A model generated the notes under the pieces. It saw only the letters and a list, made by a program, of their open reading frames with translations. It was not told where the DNA came from and did no database searches. Of a DNA stretch of 64,000 bases, positions 39,407-49,736 are shown one piece after another; the first letter of the stretch is position 1, and each line of letters opens with the position of its first letter. Both the position numbers and the translations under genes were made by a program. The DNA lies in assembly GCA_965197905.1 (NCBI GenBank), contig CBDAOB010000005.1, positions 480,001-544,000 on the forward strand, in the 5' to 3' direction. Source of the stretch: Candidatus Latescibacterota bacterium (GTDB taxonomy: Bacteria; Latescibacterota; UBA2968; UBA8231).

Positions 39407-41551
39407 ATGAACAAACAGATTCCCGAACACCTGCGCGCCTCTAGCAGCGAAACGGACGCATCGGTCGACCGCAAGGGTTCTGCGGATAACGTGGGCCAGC
39501 TGCGACTACGCGCTTTGCTCGTGGGCTTACTGCTGATCTCGTTCCTCACGGTGGGAGCAGCTCACGTCGAGATCCTTCTGCGCAGCGCCTACATGACTGT
39601 TAACGCCAGTACCGTCGGTGCCTTCGCCCTGCTGTTTTTTCTCGTCGGTGGTTTGAATGTTCTCTTGAAGGTGGGGTCGAGCCTGCGAGCGGCTACACTC
39701 ATGGCATGCGCCGCATGGGGCCTCCTCATGGTGAACTACTGGCCCTTTACCGACTTCGATCTGAGCTCACCCCATCCACTCTTCTGGGTGATGTTGGCAA
39801 CCCTCGCCCTGGCTAATCTCTTCAACGTCGGCCGCGGTAGGGATCTGATCCTCAATCGCTCTGAGCTGGTTCTCATCTATTTCATGTTGCTGGTCGCATC
39901 GGCCGTCTGCACCATGGGTTTGAGCGCCCCGCTATTATCACTGCTGCCGTCACCGTACTACTTTGCCAGCCGCGACAATCTGTGGGCGCAAAAGCTGTTT
40001 CCGCTGTTTCCGGAGCATCGGCTGTTCGTTGACGATGGTTCGGAGAACGTGGCCTTTTACGAAGGCCTGGAGGCTGGCTCCGCGGTTCCCTACGTTGCCT
40101 GGCTCGAACCGTTAGTCTGGTGGGGTGTATTCGTACTTGCAGTGTGTACGACGCTGGTCTGCCTGATGGTGATCGTCCGGCGCCAGTGGATAGAGCACGA
40201 GCGTTTGCCGTATCCTGTGGCTCAGGTGCCGATGTCATTGATCGGCGGGGAACAGAAGGGGCGGCTGCTCAACGATTTTTTCCGCCGCGGCACCATGTGG
40301 TTCGGATGCGCCATACCGATGGTCGTTGGAAGTATGCAGGCGATGTATTGGTACGACCCATCAGTGCCGATGGTACGACTCACCTGGATCTTCAAGTTTT
40401 TTGATACTGAGATACTATCTTGCCATCTCAACTTCCTGCTGCTGGGTTTCTCCTACCTGATCAATACGCAGATCGCCGCCTCCATCTGGATCTTCCACCT
40501 GCTTTACAAAGTGGAGTCTCTGTTGCTTCCAACAAGCGGATTTTTTTCGATCGCCGACGGCAGCGGAGGTACAGGAACTCTCATCGAATTGCAGGGAGGT
40601 GGGGCTTTGCTGGCTATGGCGGCAGCCGGTCTCTGGTTGGCCCGCGATCACCTGCGGTCGGTCGCGGCCGAAGTCCGGAGAAAAAGCGAATCCCCCGGAG
40701 CTGACCGCGAAATCATCTCCTATCGGGCCGCCATTTTCGGTGCGGGTGCGGGCGCCGTTCTGATGACTTGCTGGCTTTGGGTAATGGGTACACCCATGCT
40801 GTTCGCCGTGCTGCTGGTCGTCTTGGGCATGCTCATCTTGTTCGGGATTGCACGCTACGTCAGCGAGACCGGGCTGGTGCTGGCGCGTTCGCCGGTGAGC
40901 GCCCATGGGGTAATCCTGCAATCTGCCGGGAGCGGTCTTCTGGGACCCAGCGGGGTCATGGGGATCTACCTGTCAAGTCTGTGCTGGCAGTCCTATCTGA
41001 TGACAACCTGCGCTACCGGTTTGAAGCTGGTGTCCGAGATGGACCCGTCCAGTCGCCGCCAGGTCTTCAGGGCGTTGGCACTGGCTCTGATCTTCGGCCT
41101 CGCCCTGGGCGCGTATATGATGATTGAGCTGGCCTACCGCTACGGAGGGGTTAACCTTCACGGGAATCTGTTCATCAACGCTCCCAGAAATATCTTCGGA
41201 GACATCCTGCAGAACGCTGAGCCAACCGGTCCGAGTCTGCTCGGCATCGGGTTTCTGGCTAGCGGCGCGGCTACCATGTTGATGTTGATCTGGGCGCGAA
41301 TGCATATTTCCTGGTGGACGCTGAATCCTCTCGGGTTTCCCCTGAGCATGACCCTCGGCGCGGCCTGGTTCAGCGTATTTCTGGCGTGGCTGTTGAAGCG
41401 CCTGATTCTCCGCTACGGCGGGGCTTCCGCGTATCGCCGCCTGCAGCCCTTCTTCCTCGGCCTGATCGTCGGTCAATCTCTATGCATGGTGCTTTGGGTT
41501 GCGATCGGCACGTTTACCGGCCAGACCCAGGTAACGCCGTTCCGCTTCTAG
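39407..41551 (+). CDS. DUF6785/DUF6784-like membrane protein, copy 3
   Basis: LRALLVG, RRQW.EHERL.YP.AQ.P, W..LNPLGF, LRYGG...YRR.QPFF.GL. Confidence 0.75.
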   Translation: MNKQIPEHLRASSSETDASVDRKGSADNVGQLRLRALLVGLLLISFLTVGAAHVEILLRSAYMTVNASTVGAFALLFFLVGGLNVLLKVGSSLRAATLMACAAWGLLMVNYWPFTDFDLSSPHPLFWVMLATLALANLFNVGRGRDLILNRSELVLIYFMLLVASAVCTMGLSAPLLSLLPSPYYFASRDNLWAQKLFPLFPEHRLFVDDGSENVAFYEGLEAGSAVPYVAWLEPLVWWGVFVLAVCTTLVCLMVIVRRQWIEHERLPYPVAQVPMSLIGGEQKGRLLNDFFRRGTMWFGCAIPMVVGSMQAMYWYDPSVPMVRLTWIFKFFDTEILSCHLNFLLLGFSYLINTQIAASIWIFHLLYKVESLLLPTSGFFSIADGSGGTGTLIELQGGGALLAMAAAGLWLARDHLRSVAAEVRRKSESPGADREIISYRAAIFGAGAGAVLMTCWLWVMGTPMLFAVLLVVLGMLILFGIARYVSETGLVLARSPVSAHGVILQSAGSGLLGPSGVMGIYLSSLCWQSYLMTTCATGLKLVSEMDPSSRRQVFRALALALIFGLALGAYMMIELAYRYGGVNLHGNLFINAPRNIFGDILQNAEPTGPSLLGIGFLASGAATMLMLIWARMHISWWTLNPLGFPLSMTLGAAWFSVFLAWLLKRLILRYGGASAYRRLQPFFLGLIVGQSLCMVLWVAIGTFTGQTQVTPFRF

Positions 41552-41571
41552 CAGCCTAAGACGAAGAATCC

Positions 41572-43731
41572 ATGAGACACGAGATTCCCGACTATATTCG
41601 TTCCTTTCTGAATCCGGGATTCGGCGGGGACACAACTACCGAATTCGACAAGTCGAGGATCCGACCGCGAGCCTTTCTGGTTGGTAGCACCTTCAGCTTC
41701 TTCCTCGCCATCGGCGCCCCATACGGCAACATGCTGGTGAAGGGTGCCTACGTCGCCCAGGATGCCACTGCCCCGGGTGCCTTTCTGGTCTTTCTGTTCG
41801 TAGTGGGCTGCCTCAACATGCTCTTCAAGCTCGAAGCTCGCGGCCCGGCCACTGCGCAGAAAGTCGCCGGAGCATCGATTCTACTCTTCATCTGGGCGTT
41901 CTGGCCGCTAGACAGTTTCGATCCGTACTCCCCGCACCTGATCTTCTCCTGTTTGGTTCTTGGTTTGTTGTTGCTCAACGCAGCTCTGGTAATAGGGCGA
42001 GGGAGCGGTCTGACGTTGAATCGTTCGGAGCTGGTATTGGTGTTCATCATGCTGGTGGTGGTGTCGGTCGTCTGCACGCTGGGTCTGAGCTCGACCCTCC
42101 TACCCACCATAACCGGCTTCTACTATTTCGCCACCCCTTCAAATCGATGGTTGAGTCTCGCTCCGCATCTGCCCTCCCACCGGATCCTGGTGGATGACGG
42201 AAACCGCAACACCTCCTTCTACGAAGGACTGGAAGAAGGCGCCGTACCCCCGTACGGGGCCTGGATCGAGCCACTATTGTGGTGGGCGATTCTGATCGGC
42301 GCGGTCTACTGCGTCATGGTCTCGGCGGCGGTGATCCTGCGCCGGCAGTGGATGGATCGGGAGCGCCTTCCGTATCCGCTTGCTCAGGTGCCGCTGGCGC
42401 TTCTCGGCGAGGAGCGCGAGGACCGACTGGTGAACCGCTATCTCAAGAGCCGAATGATGTGGGCCGGGGCCGCCTTGCCTTTGGTGATCGGCAGCTTGAA
42501 GGCATGGTCGGTCTATAATCCGGCAATACTGCGTCCAACCGTCTTCTGGATGTTCAACCCGTTCGACATCTATCACTTCTTCATCATCCAGATCAGCTTC
42601 ATCTGGATCGGCTTCAGCTATTTCATCAACACCAAAATCGCCGCCTCCCTGTGGATCTTCCACCTGCTGTCGAAGCTGGAGGTTCTGGCGATGGTGGGGT
42701 TGGATCTGGACCGCGGCCTGTCCTATGTGCGCGGTTTCAGCCTGGTGCCGTTCATAGGTTACCAGGGATTCGGCGCCCTGATGGCGATGGTCCTGACCGG
42801 GTTGTGGATCGCGCGGGGGCATCTGCGCGAGGTATGGCGCAAGGCCCTGGGCGGTGTCGGGGAGGTCGATGACGCGACCGAGGTTCTTAGCTATCGAAAG
42901 GCGGTTGTAGGCACGATTCTCGGGCTTTCAGTGGCCGTCGTCTGGTTCTGGATCATGGGCATGCCGCTCTGGATCGCCTCGTTGTTCATCGGGATCCTGT
43001 TTCTGACCTTGATCGGCATCAGTCGCTACGTCGCCGAAGCCGGCCTGGTCAGAGTATCTTCGCCGGTGGCCCCTCCCGAGCTGATCTTGAAAACGGTGGG
43101 GACCACCCTAGTGGGGGGTCCGGGCGTGCTTCTGCTGCCTCTCAGCTACGCCTGGGCCCTTACCAACACCAACAACCTGATGAGCGTATTTGCGAGCGGC
43201 CTGCGACTCACCAGCGAAGTGGAGGTCAGGAGTCGTAGATATCTGGCGATCGCCGTCGTACTGGCATTGATCGTGGGCATTGGGGGGGCGTTCTGGATGA
43301 ACATGCACCTGGCCTACCGCTACGGCGGGATCAATCTTCATGGGTCCTATTTTATCAGGTTCCCCGCCGACCATTTCAATATATCAGTGGCGAATCTTGC
43401 GCCAGCGGGTGTCTATTGGGATGGACTCGTATTTGTCGCTGCGGGGGCGGGGATCATGCTGTTGTTGATCCTGGCACAGATGCGGCTGCCGTGGTGGCCG
43501 CTGCACCCGATCGGGTTTCCCGTCGGCATGACCTTGTACTACCCCTGGTTCAACATCTTCGTGGCTTGGCTCGTGAAGGTGTTGGTGCTGAGATATGGAG
43601 GGGCAGCGGCTTACCGGCGAACCCAGCCGTTCTTCTTCGGTCTCATCACCGGACACTGCCTCTGTATAGTGGGATGGATCATCATCGATTCGTTCACCGG
43701 TCAAACCTGGAACATCACGCTGCAGATGTGA
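41572..43731 (+). CDS. DUF6785/DUF6784-like membrane protein, copy 4
   Basis: Same motifs as 39407; WWPLHPIGF; tandem paralog. Confidence 0.75.
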   Translation: MRHEIPDYIRSFLNPGFGGDTTTEFDKSRIRPRAFLVGSTFSFFLAIGAPYGNMLVKGAYVAQDATAPGAFLVFLFVVGCLNMLFKLEARGPATAQKVAGASILLFIWAFWPLDSFDPYSPHLIFSCLVLGLLLLNAALVIGRGSGLTLNRSELVLVFIMLVVVSVVCTLGLSSTLLPTITGFYYFATPSNRWLSLAPHLPSHRILVDDGNRNTSFYEGLEEGAVPPYGAWIEPLLWWAILIGAVYCVMVSAAVILRRQWMDRERLPYPLAQVPLALLGEEREDRLVNRYLKSRMMWAGAALPLVIGSLKAWSVYNPAILRPTVFWMFNPFDIYHFFIIQISFIWIGFSYFINTKIAASLWIFHLLSKLEVLAMVGLDLDRGLSYVRGFSLVPFIGYQGFGALMAMVLTGLWIARGHLREVWRKALGGVGEVDDATEVLSYRKAVVGTILGLSVAVVWFWIMGMPLWIASLFIGILFLTLIGISRYVAEAGLVRVSSPVAPPELILKTVGTTLVGGPGVLLLPLSYAWALTNTNNLMSVFASGLRLTSEVEVRSRRYLAIAVVLALIVGIGGAFWMNMHLAYRYGGINLHGSYFIRFPADHFNISVANLAPAGVYWDGLVFVAAGAGIMLLLILAQMRLPWWPLHPIGFPVGMTLYYPWFNIFVAWLVKVLVLRYGGAAAYRRTQPFFFGLITGHCLCIVGWIIIDSFTGQTWNITLQM

Positions 43732-46659
43732 CTATATCACCCGTCCGTATTCGGTAAACCCTATCAGGGCGCGCAAGAAGAAGGCCCAGGTGTTGGCATT
43801 TGAGCTCTTCCTGAACGGGTCGTCAAAGCTCCGTTTGTTCCGCTCCAGGCCTATCGTCGTATGGAGATCGTAGCCGAAATAGAGTGAGCGATTGGCCACG
43901 GTGAAAAAACCAATGCGCTGCTCGAAGCTCCTAGTTTTATCCACCTGATCCTCGACGCGGTACGGCGCCGGTCCCAACCCCTGCAGCCCAAGCTTGAGAT
44001 CGGTGCGCAGCATAATAGGATACGAGACCAGCAGGATCGGAATCACCCGGTATTCCGAGATGAGCCGGCGGGAGGTGTAACCACCGCCTTGTTTGCGGTC
44101 CGCATCCTGATCTACGAGTCGCAGCAGCATCAGCTTCAACCGCGGTCGCACCATTAGTCGGCCCCAATGCCAGGTGTAGGTGGCGCGGCTGATGGTGGTC
44201 CAGTAATCGAGCCGGCGGGCGCGCCGAGAAATGCCGCCGGGCAGGTCAGACTCTCGCTGCCAGTTCAGGCGGAGGCGAAGTCGCTGGCTCAGCCCCAGGC
44301 CCGGCAACGGCCGCAGGTCGGCTTCCAGGTTGGTCTCGTTTACCACACTGTTCTGATACAGCAGGAAATCGGTTTGGGCGCGGACGCCCTGAAAGATCAG
44401 CGCCTGCTGGATGGCGCCACGAACCGCCTCGTACCCCCGGTAATCGAAATACAGACCAAGGGTCGGTCGCTGAGTGCTCGAGACGTGCGGATCCTGGATG
44501 TTGTCTTTCACGCGCCGCAGATTGTTCTCGAAAAACAGGCGCCGAACCCGGCCCAGGTCCCGGCGTAGGTAGGTCACCAGGCCATAGACCACATGGTTGC
44601 GGCCGGGACCGGCGATCTGTCGCGCCTGGTAGCGACCGAAGCCTGCGGACCAGTGCTCCGTCGGATGGAGCTGGCCAAACAGATGAATATCGCGCTGGTC
44701 GGCGTCGTAGGGGTAGTCCGCGTCACCGTCGTCTTCTCGCTGATCCGGCTCGTCGTTATTGTTCCGATCCAGGCCGTAGGAGTACTCGTTCGGATCGGCA
44801 TCGAACATGAAAAACGGCTCGTCCCAGTCAGGTGTGCCGTTGAAGTTCCGGTTGGTGTCGGGGATCCCGTCGTTGTCCACGTCCTGGTTCAGGAAAACCC
44901 CATTGAGGTCGCCACCGTTCGACGGAGTGCCGATAGGTCGGTGTCCGTTCTCGGACATCTGGTCCCCGTCGTCGTTGTCTTCCACCAGGTCGATGGTGAA
45001 CATGCCGCTGCGGCCGACGCCGACGTATTCGTTGCGACTCTCCCCGTCGCGACGGCTGAACATGCGGGTTTTGTACTCGGGGTTGAGGGCAAACAGCTCA
45101 GCACCGAGCACCCCGCTTTTGAAGTTTCTGGTAGCGTTGACGAAGTAGGCGGAACCGTGCTCCACGGCATGAGGAGCCTTGCGGAACACGGGGGTTTCTC
45201 CGTCAAAGGAGGGATAGCGCGAGAACTGAGCCGAGCGCGCATACTCTGCCTTGATCTCCAGGTTTCGCAGCTTGAGCTTGGCGTCGGCACTGTAGGTGAA
45301 CAGACCGGTGGTTTCGCCAAAGCTGAAACGCACCCGTTCGAGATTGCTCAGGTCCTGAATGTTCCCCGGCGCGCGCAGGCGATTGATCCACGAACTGGTG
45401 GCCCAACGCCTAGCCTCGTCCTTGGCCCGTTCCGAAATAACCGTCAGGAAGAAGACGTCGATCCGATAATCGTTTGCCACCAACGCCTCGATCTCGATCT
45501 CCTCGATAACCGGCACCTCCCGCAGATCGTAGAGGGCGATGACCCAGTCTTCGCCATCGGCTTGGAGAACCGATCCTGGCGGACGCATGACGAAGGTGTT
45601 CTGTAATAACTCGATGTTGGCGTTGGCGCTGACGTCGATCCCTTGCTCGTGCTGGATCCGATAAAGTAGTCGGCATAGAACGAAAGGCCGGAACGGCCGC
45701 GGTAGCTCAATGCGCGGAACTCTCCAGTGGCGCTGGAGATAGTGCCGACGGCCGTTTTCACCAGGCTGTTGTGTTTGATGAGATGATTGGTGATGTCGGA
45801 ACGCTCCACGCCGTTGACGATGATCTTCAGATCCTGCACCACCGCTCCGCCCTGTCCGTCCACCGGCGAATCGTCGGAAAACCGCACGCCGAGCCAGCCG
45901 ATGCGGGGATAGGTAGGCCGAATGACTCCCTTGAGAGAATTGCCCGGCTGAGTGCTCTGATAGACATGCAGGTTGGCACCGTTGAGCCCGAGTCTTAAGG
46001 CGCCAATCTGTGTCTGTGCCCGGGCGCCGAGCATCATCGTGCTGGTGTCAGCCAAATGTACATCTTCCACCATCCACGGAGCTGGAATCTCGGTCCAATG
46101 CCAGGGCCGCTCGAAGCGGGACCCAAGCAAGGTGAACTGCAAACGCGGCAAATGTGCGTCCAGCCTGACTCCGTGGAACGCGGCTTTGGAAAGGGTGAGG
46201 GGGGTGAAGCGGGCGATCATGTCATCAGCCACGATCAGGCTGTACCCCCAGTCCCCGTAGCCGTCCCTCCCTACCAGGGCGTGATCGAAGATCGGTCGAA
46301 AAACATCGATGTCCTTGAAGAGGGCACTGCCGTGCTCCTCGTCGAAACCACGGTTTTCGGTCCAGGAAAAGAGTTCGTAACCGCTAATGAGGTGATTGCC
46401 CATGGCACCGAAATAAGCCCGAGGATGGTCCGCGTAAGGAGGGGCGTGGTTGGGGGTAGTTGACGAAGGGTTGGTGGGCGTAGTTGACGTATTGGGGAGT
46501 CTCGGCGCGCAGCAGCAAGCGGGTGCGCGCGATCTCGCCGAGGCCGACCGACGGTCCGAGATCAGGTTCGGCGCCGAATGCTGGCGACAGAACAACCAAG
46601 ATGTAGGTCGAGCTGAGGAGCAGACGGAAACGGAAGCGTGCCGCTTTACGATTCAGCAC
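43732..46659 (-). pseudogene. Family A protein (~975 aa) interrupted by two single-base frameshifts (or sequencing errors)
   Basis: Three ORF pieces join into one protein collinear with 46664; extra base in the G5 run at 46452-46456 and a missing base at ~45663-45666. Confidence 0.8.
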
Positions 46660-46663
46660 GAAA

Positions 46664-49603
46664 CTAAATGACCCGGCCGTACTCGGTAAACCCGATCAGG
46701 GCGCGTACGAAGAACGAGAAGTTGTCGCTGTCGGAGCTTCTACGAAGAGGATCGTCAAAATGTCGTCTGTTGCGTTGGAAGCCGATCGTGGTGTAGAGAT
46801 CGTAGCCGAAATAGAGCGAGCGATTGGTTGCCGTCAAGAAACCGACGCGCTCTTCAAAGCTCCGGGATTCGTCCACCTGATCCCGAACCTGGTAGGGGAG
46901 CGGTCCAAACCCGTGCAGGCCAAGTTTCAGCTCGGTGCGCGGGAGCACAGGATACGAGGCCAGGAGGATCGGAATGATCCGGTACTCCGAGAGGAGCCGA
47001 CGGGAAGCATATCTGCCGCCTGCAACGCGGTCTGCATCCTGGTCCACCAGGCGCAGGAGCATGAGCTTGAGTTTCGGCTGCATCTTGATGCGGCCCCAAT
47101 GCCACACATAGCTGCCGCGACCGATGATCGTCCAGTAGTCCAAACGTCGCTGTCGCTGAGAGAGACCCCCAGCAGAGTCCCCTTCGCGTTGCCAGTTCAA
47201 GCGCAGGCGAAACCTCTGATTGAGCTCCAGGCCGGGAAGCGGCCTCAGATCTGCTTCCAGGTACGTTTCGTTTACGAAGCTGTTCTGATACATCAGGAAA
47301 TCGGTGCGCGTGTTGGCGCTCCTGAATATCAAAGCCTGCTGAATCGAGCCGCGCACCGCTTCATATCCGCGGTGATCGAAGTAGAGGCCGATCGTTGGAC
47401 GCTGGTTGTTCGAAACGTACGGGTCCTGGATGTCGTCCTTGACGCGCCGAAGCTGGTTCTCGAAGAAGATATGGCGCAGCGGTCCCCTCACCGAGCGCCG
47501 CCGGTAGTTCAATAAACCGTATGTAACGCGGTTGCGCCCCCTGCTTGCCACTTGACGCGCTCGGTAACGGCCAAATCCGACGGACCATTCTTTCGTCAGA
47601 TTGAGCTGGCCGAACAGATGATAACCACGCTGGTCGGCATCGTAAGGTAGATCGCTCTGACTGTCGTCCTCGCGGTGGTCCGGTTCGTCGTTGTTGTTTG
47701 CGTCGAGACCGTAGGCGTATTCGTTCGGGTCGGCGTGGAACATGAAAAACGGCTCGTCCCAGTCGGGGGTTCCGTTGAAGTTCCTGTTGGTGTCCGGAAT
47801 TCCGTCGTTGTCTTCATCCTGATTCGGGAAAACGCCGTCGATATCGCCGCCCAGCGATGGCTGTGAGATCGGTCGTGGGCCGCCATCGGCCAGGTGATCG
47901 CCGTCGTCGTTGTCCTGGATGAGACTGACGCCGAACCCGTTAGCGCGGTTCACCCCGAACAGCTCGCCGGCCGCCCGCGACTCGCGGTGTCCGATCAGGG
48001 ACGTTTTGAAATCGGGATTGATGGAAAACAGCTCGGCGCCGACGAGACCGCGATCGAACCAGCGGCTCGCGTTCACGAAATAGGCGGATCCGTGCTCCCC
48101 TCGTGGGGACGACTGGCCGAATGCCGGCTCGTCGCCATCGAAAGCGGGATAGCGCAGGAAGATGGACGAGCCGGCATACTCGGCATTCAATTCGAAGCCG
48201 GGAAGAGCCAACTTCAAATCGGCGCTGTAGGTAAACAGGCCGGTCTGTTCGCCGAATGTGAATCGCGCCCGGCGTAGATTGCTCAGATCCTGCACGTTTC
48301 CGGGTGAGCGCAAGCGATTGAGCCAGGTACTGGTCCTCCATCGCCGTGCCTCGTTATCGGCGCGATCGTTGATCTTGGTGAGAAAGAAAACGTCGACGCG
48401 GTAATCGTTCCCCAGCAATACCTCGAATTCAGCAGACTCGATGACCGGTACGTTGCGCAGATCGTAGAGGGCGATGACCCAATCCTCGCCGTCGGCCTGC
48501 AACACCTCGTCCGGCGGAGGCATGACAAACGTGTTTATAAGAACGTCTACATTGGCGAAATCGTTAACATCGACGCCTTGCTCGTGCTGGATGCGGTAGA
48601 GGTAATCGGCAAAGAACGAGAGGCCAGATCGCCCGCGGTAACTCAATGACTGGAATTCGCCGGTGCGCGAGGAAACCGAGCCGATGGAGGTTTTGACCAG
48701 GCTGTTGTGTTTGATCACGTGCCCGACAATGTCACTACGTTCCTCCCCGTTGATGAATAGCTTTATCTCCTGGACCACCGCGCCGCCACGACCATCGATG
48801 GGGGAATCGTCGGAGAAACGCAGGCCGAGCCAGTCGAGGCGAGGAAAATCCGGGCGAATGACTCCCTTTAGCGAGTTGTCCGATCCGGTGCTGTGAAAGA
48901 TGTGCAGGTTTGCCCCGTTGAGGCCCAGCCGGGCTGTTCCCACCTGCGTCTGCAGGCGCCCTCCCAGAAGCATGGTGCTGGCGTCGGCGGAATGGACGCG
49001 GTCCGCCATCCATTCTTCGATGTTGCTGCCCTCGACCCAGTGCCATGGGCGTTCGTAGCGGGAGGCCATGACGCTGAATTGGAGCCGCGGCAAGTGAGCG
49101 TCCAGGCGAGTGCCGTTGAAGGTCACTTGCGACAGGGTGAGCGGCGACAGGTGAGCGATCATATCGTCTCCCACCATCATGCTGTAGCCCCAATTCCCGT
49201 AACCGTCACGCCCGACAATAAGGTGTTCGAAAATGGGTCGAAAAACATTGATGTCTTTGAAGATTGCGCTGCCGTACTGTCCGCCCACACCGCGCTGTTC
49301 CCTCCAGGAAAAAATCTCGTAGCCCGAAATAAGTTGATTGCCCAGCGCACCAAAATACACGCTTGGATGATCGGAGTATGGTGTGGTGTGGTCGCGGTAG
49401 TTGACGTAACGACGGTGGGCGTAATTGGCATAGAGACGCGTAGGCATCCTCAATGCCAGCCGCGAGGGCGGTATCTGCGGCAGGCCAAGCGCTGCCTCGT
49501 CGACCTGATCGCCGTGCACATGGGGGATCAATGCTGCTTGAAGGAGGGTGCCTAGTGCGATTGCAACGAGAAACATCCAACCCATAACTGTATTAAAGGG
49601 CAT
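46664..49603 (-). CDS. Family A secreted protein (979 aa)
   Basis: Signal peptide; Asp-rich block at ~47638-47921; ends FFVRALIGFTEYGRVI. Confidence 0.85.
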   Translation of the reverse strand: MPFNTVMGWMFLVAIALGTLLQAALIPHVHGDQVDEAALGLPQIPPSRLALRMPTRLYANYAHRRYVNYRDHTTPYSDHPSVYFGALGNQLISGYEIFSWREQRGVGGQYGSAIFKDINVFRPIFEHLIVGRDGYGNWGYSMMVGDDMIAHLSPLTLSQVTFNGTRLDAHLPRLQFSVMASRYERPWHWVEGSNIEEWMADRVHSADASTMLLGGRLQTQVGTARLGLNGANLHIFHSTGSDNSLKGVIRPDFPRLDWLGLRFSDDSPIDGRGGAVVQEIKLFINGEERSDIVGHVIKHNSLVKTSIGSVSSRTGEFQSLSYRGRSGLSFFADYLYRIQHEQGVDVNDFANVDVLINTFVMPPPDEVLQADGEDWVIALYDLRNVPVIESAEFEVLLGNDYRVDVFFLTKINDRADNEARRWRTSTWLNRLRSPGNVQDLSNLRRARFTFGEQTGLFTYSADLKLALPGFELNAEYAGSSIFLRYPAFDGDEPAFGQSSPRGEHGSAYFVNASRWFDRGLVGAELFSINPDFKTSLIGHRESRAAGELFGVNRANGFGVSLIQDNDDGDHLADGGPRPISQPSLGGDIDGVFPNQDEDNDGIPDTNRNFNGTPDWDEPFFMFHADPNEYAYGLDANNNDEPDHREDDSQSDLPYDADQRGYHLFGQLNLTKEWSVGFGRYRARQVASRGRNRVTYGLLNYRRRSVRGPLRHIFFENQLRRVKDDIQDPYVSNNQRPTIGLYFDHRGYEAVRGSIQQALIFRSANTRTDFLMYQNSFVNETYLEADLRPLPGLELNQRFRLRLNWQREGDSAGGLSQRQRRLDYWTIIGRGSYVWHWGRIKMQPKLKLMLLRLVDQDADRVAGGRYASRRLLSEYRIIPILLASYPVLPRTELKLGLHGFGPLPYQVRDQVDESRSFEERVGFLTATNRSLYFGYDLYTTIGFQRNRRHFDDPLRRSSDSDNFSFFVRALIGFTEYGRVI

Positions 49604-49646
49604 GTAGCAGGGCGGGTAAAGATAAGAGGTCCGCGATTAGGTTTTC

Positions 49647-49675
49647 TTGACCGTCGCCTATTGAAAAAGTAGTTT
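49647..49675 (+). promoter_or_regulatory. Possible sigma70-type promoter in divergent intergenic region
   Basis: TTGACC-N17-TAGTTT upstream of 49737. Confidence 0.35.
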
Positions 49676-49736
49676 CCCACCAGATGCCCCGCCCCGTGCA
49701 TTATGCCGCCGATGCGCGCGCCAAAGCGAGGTTGCC

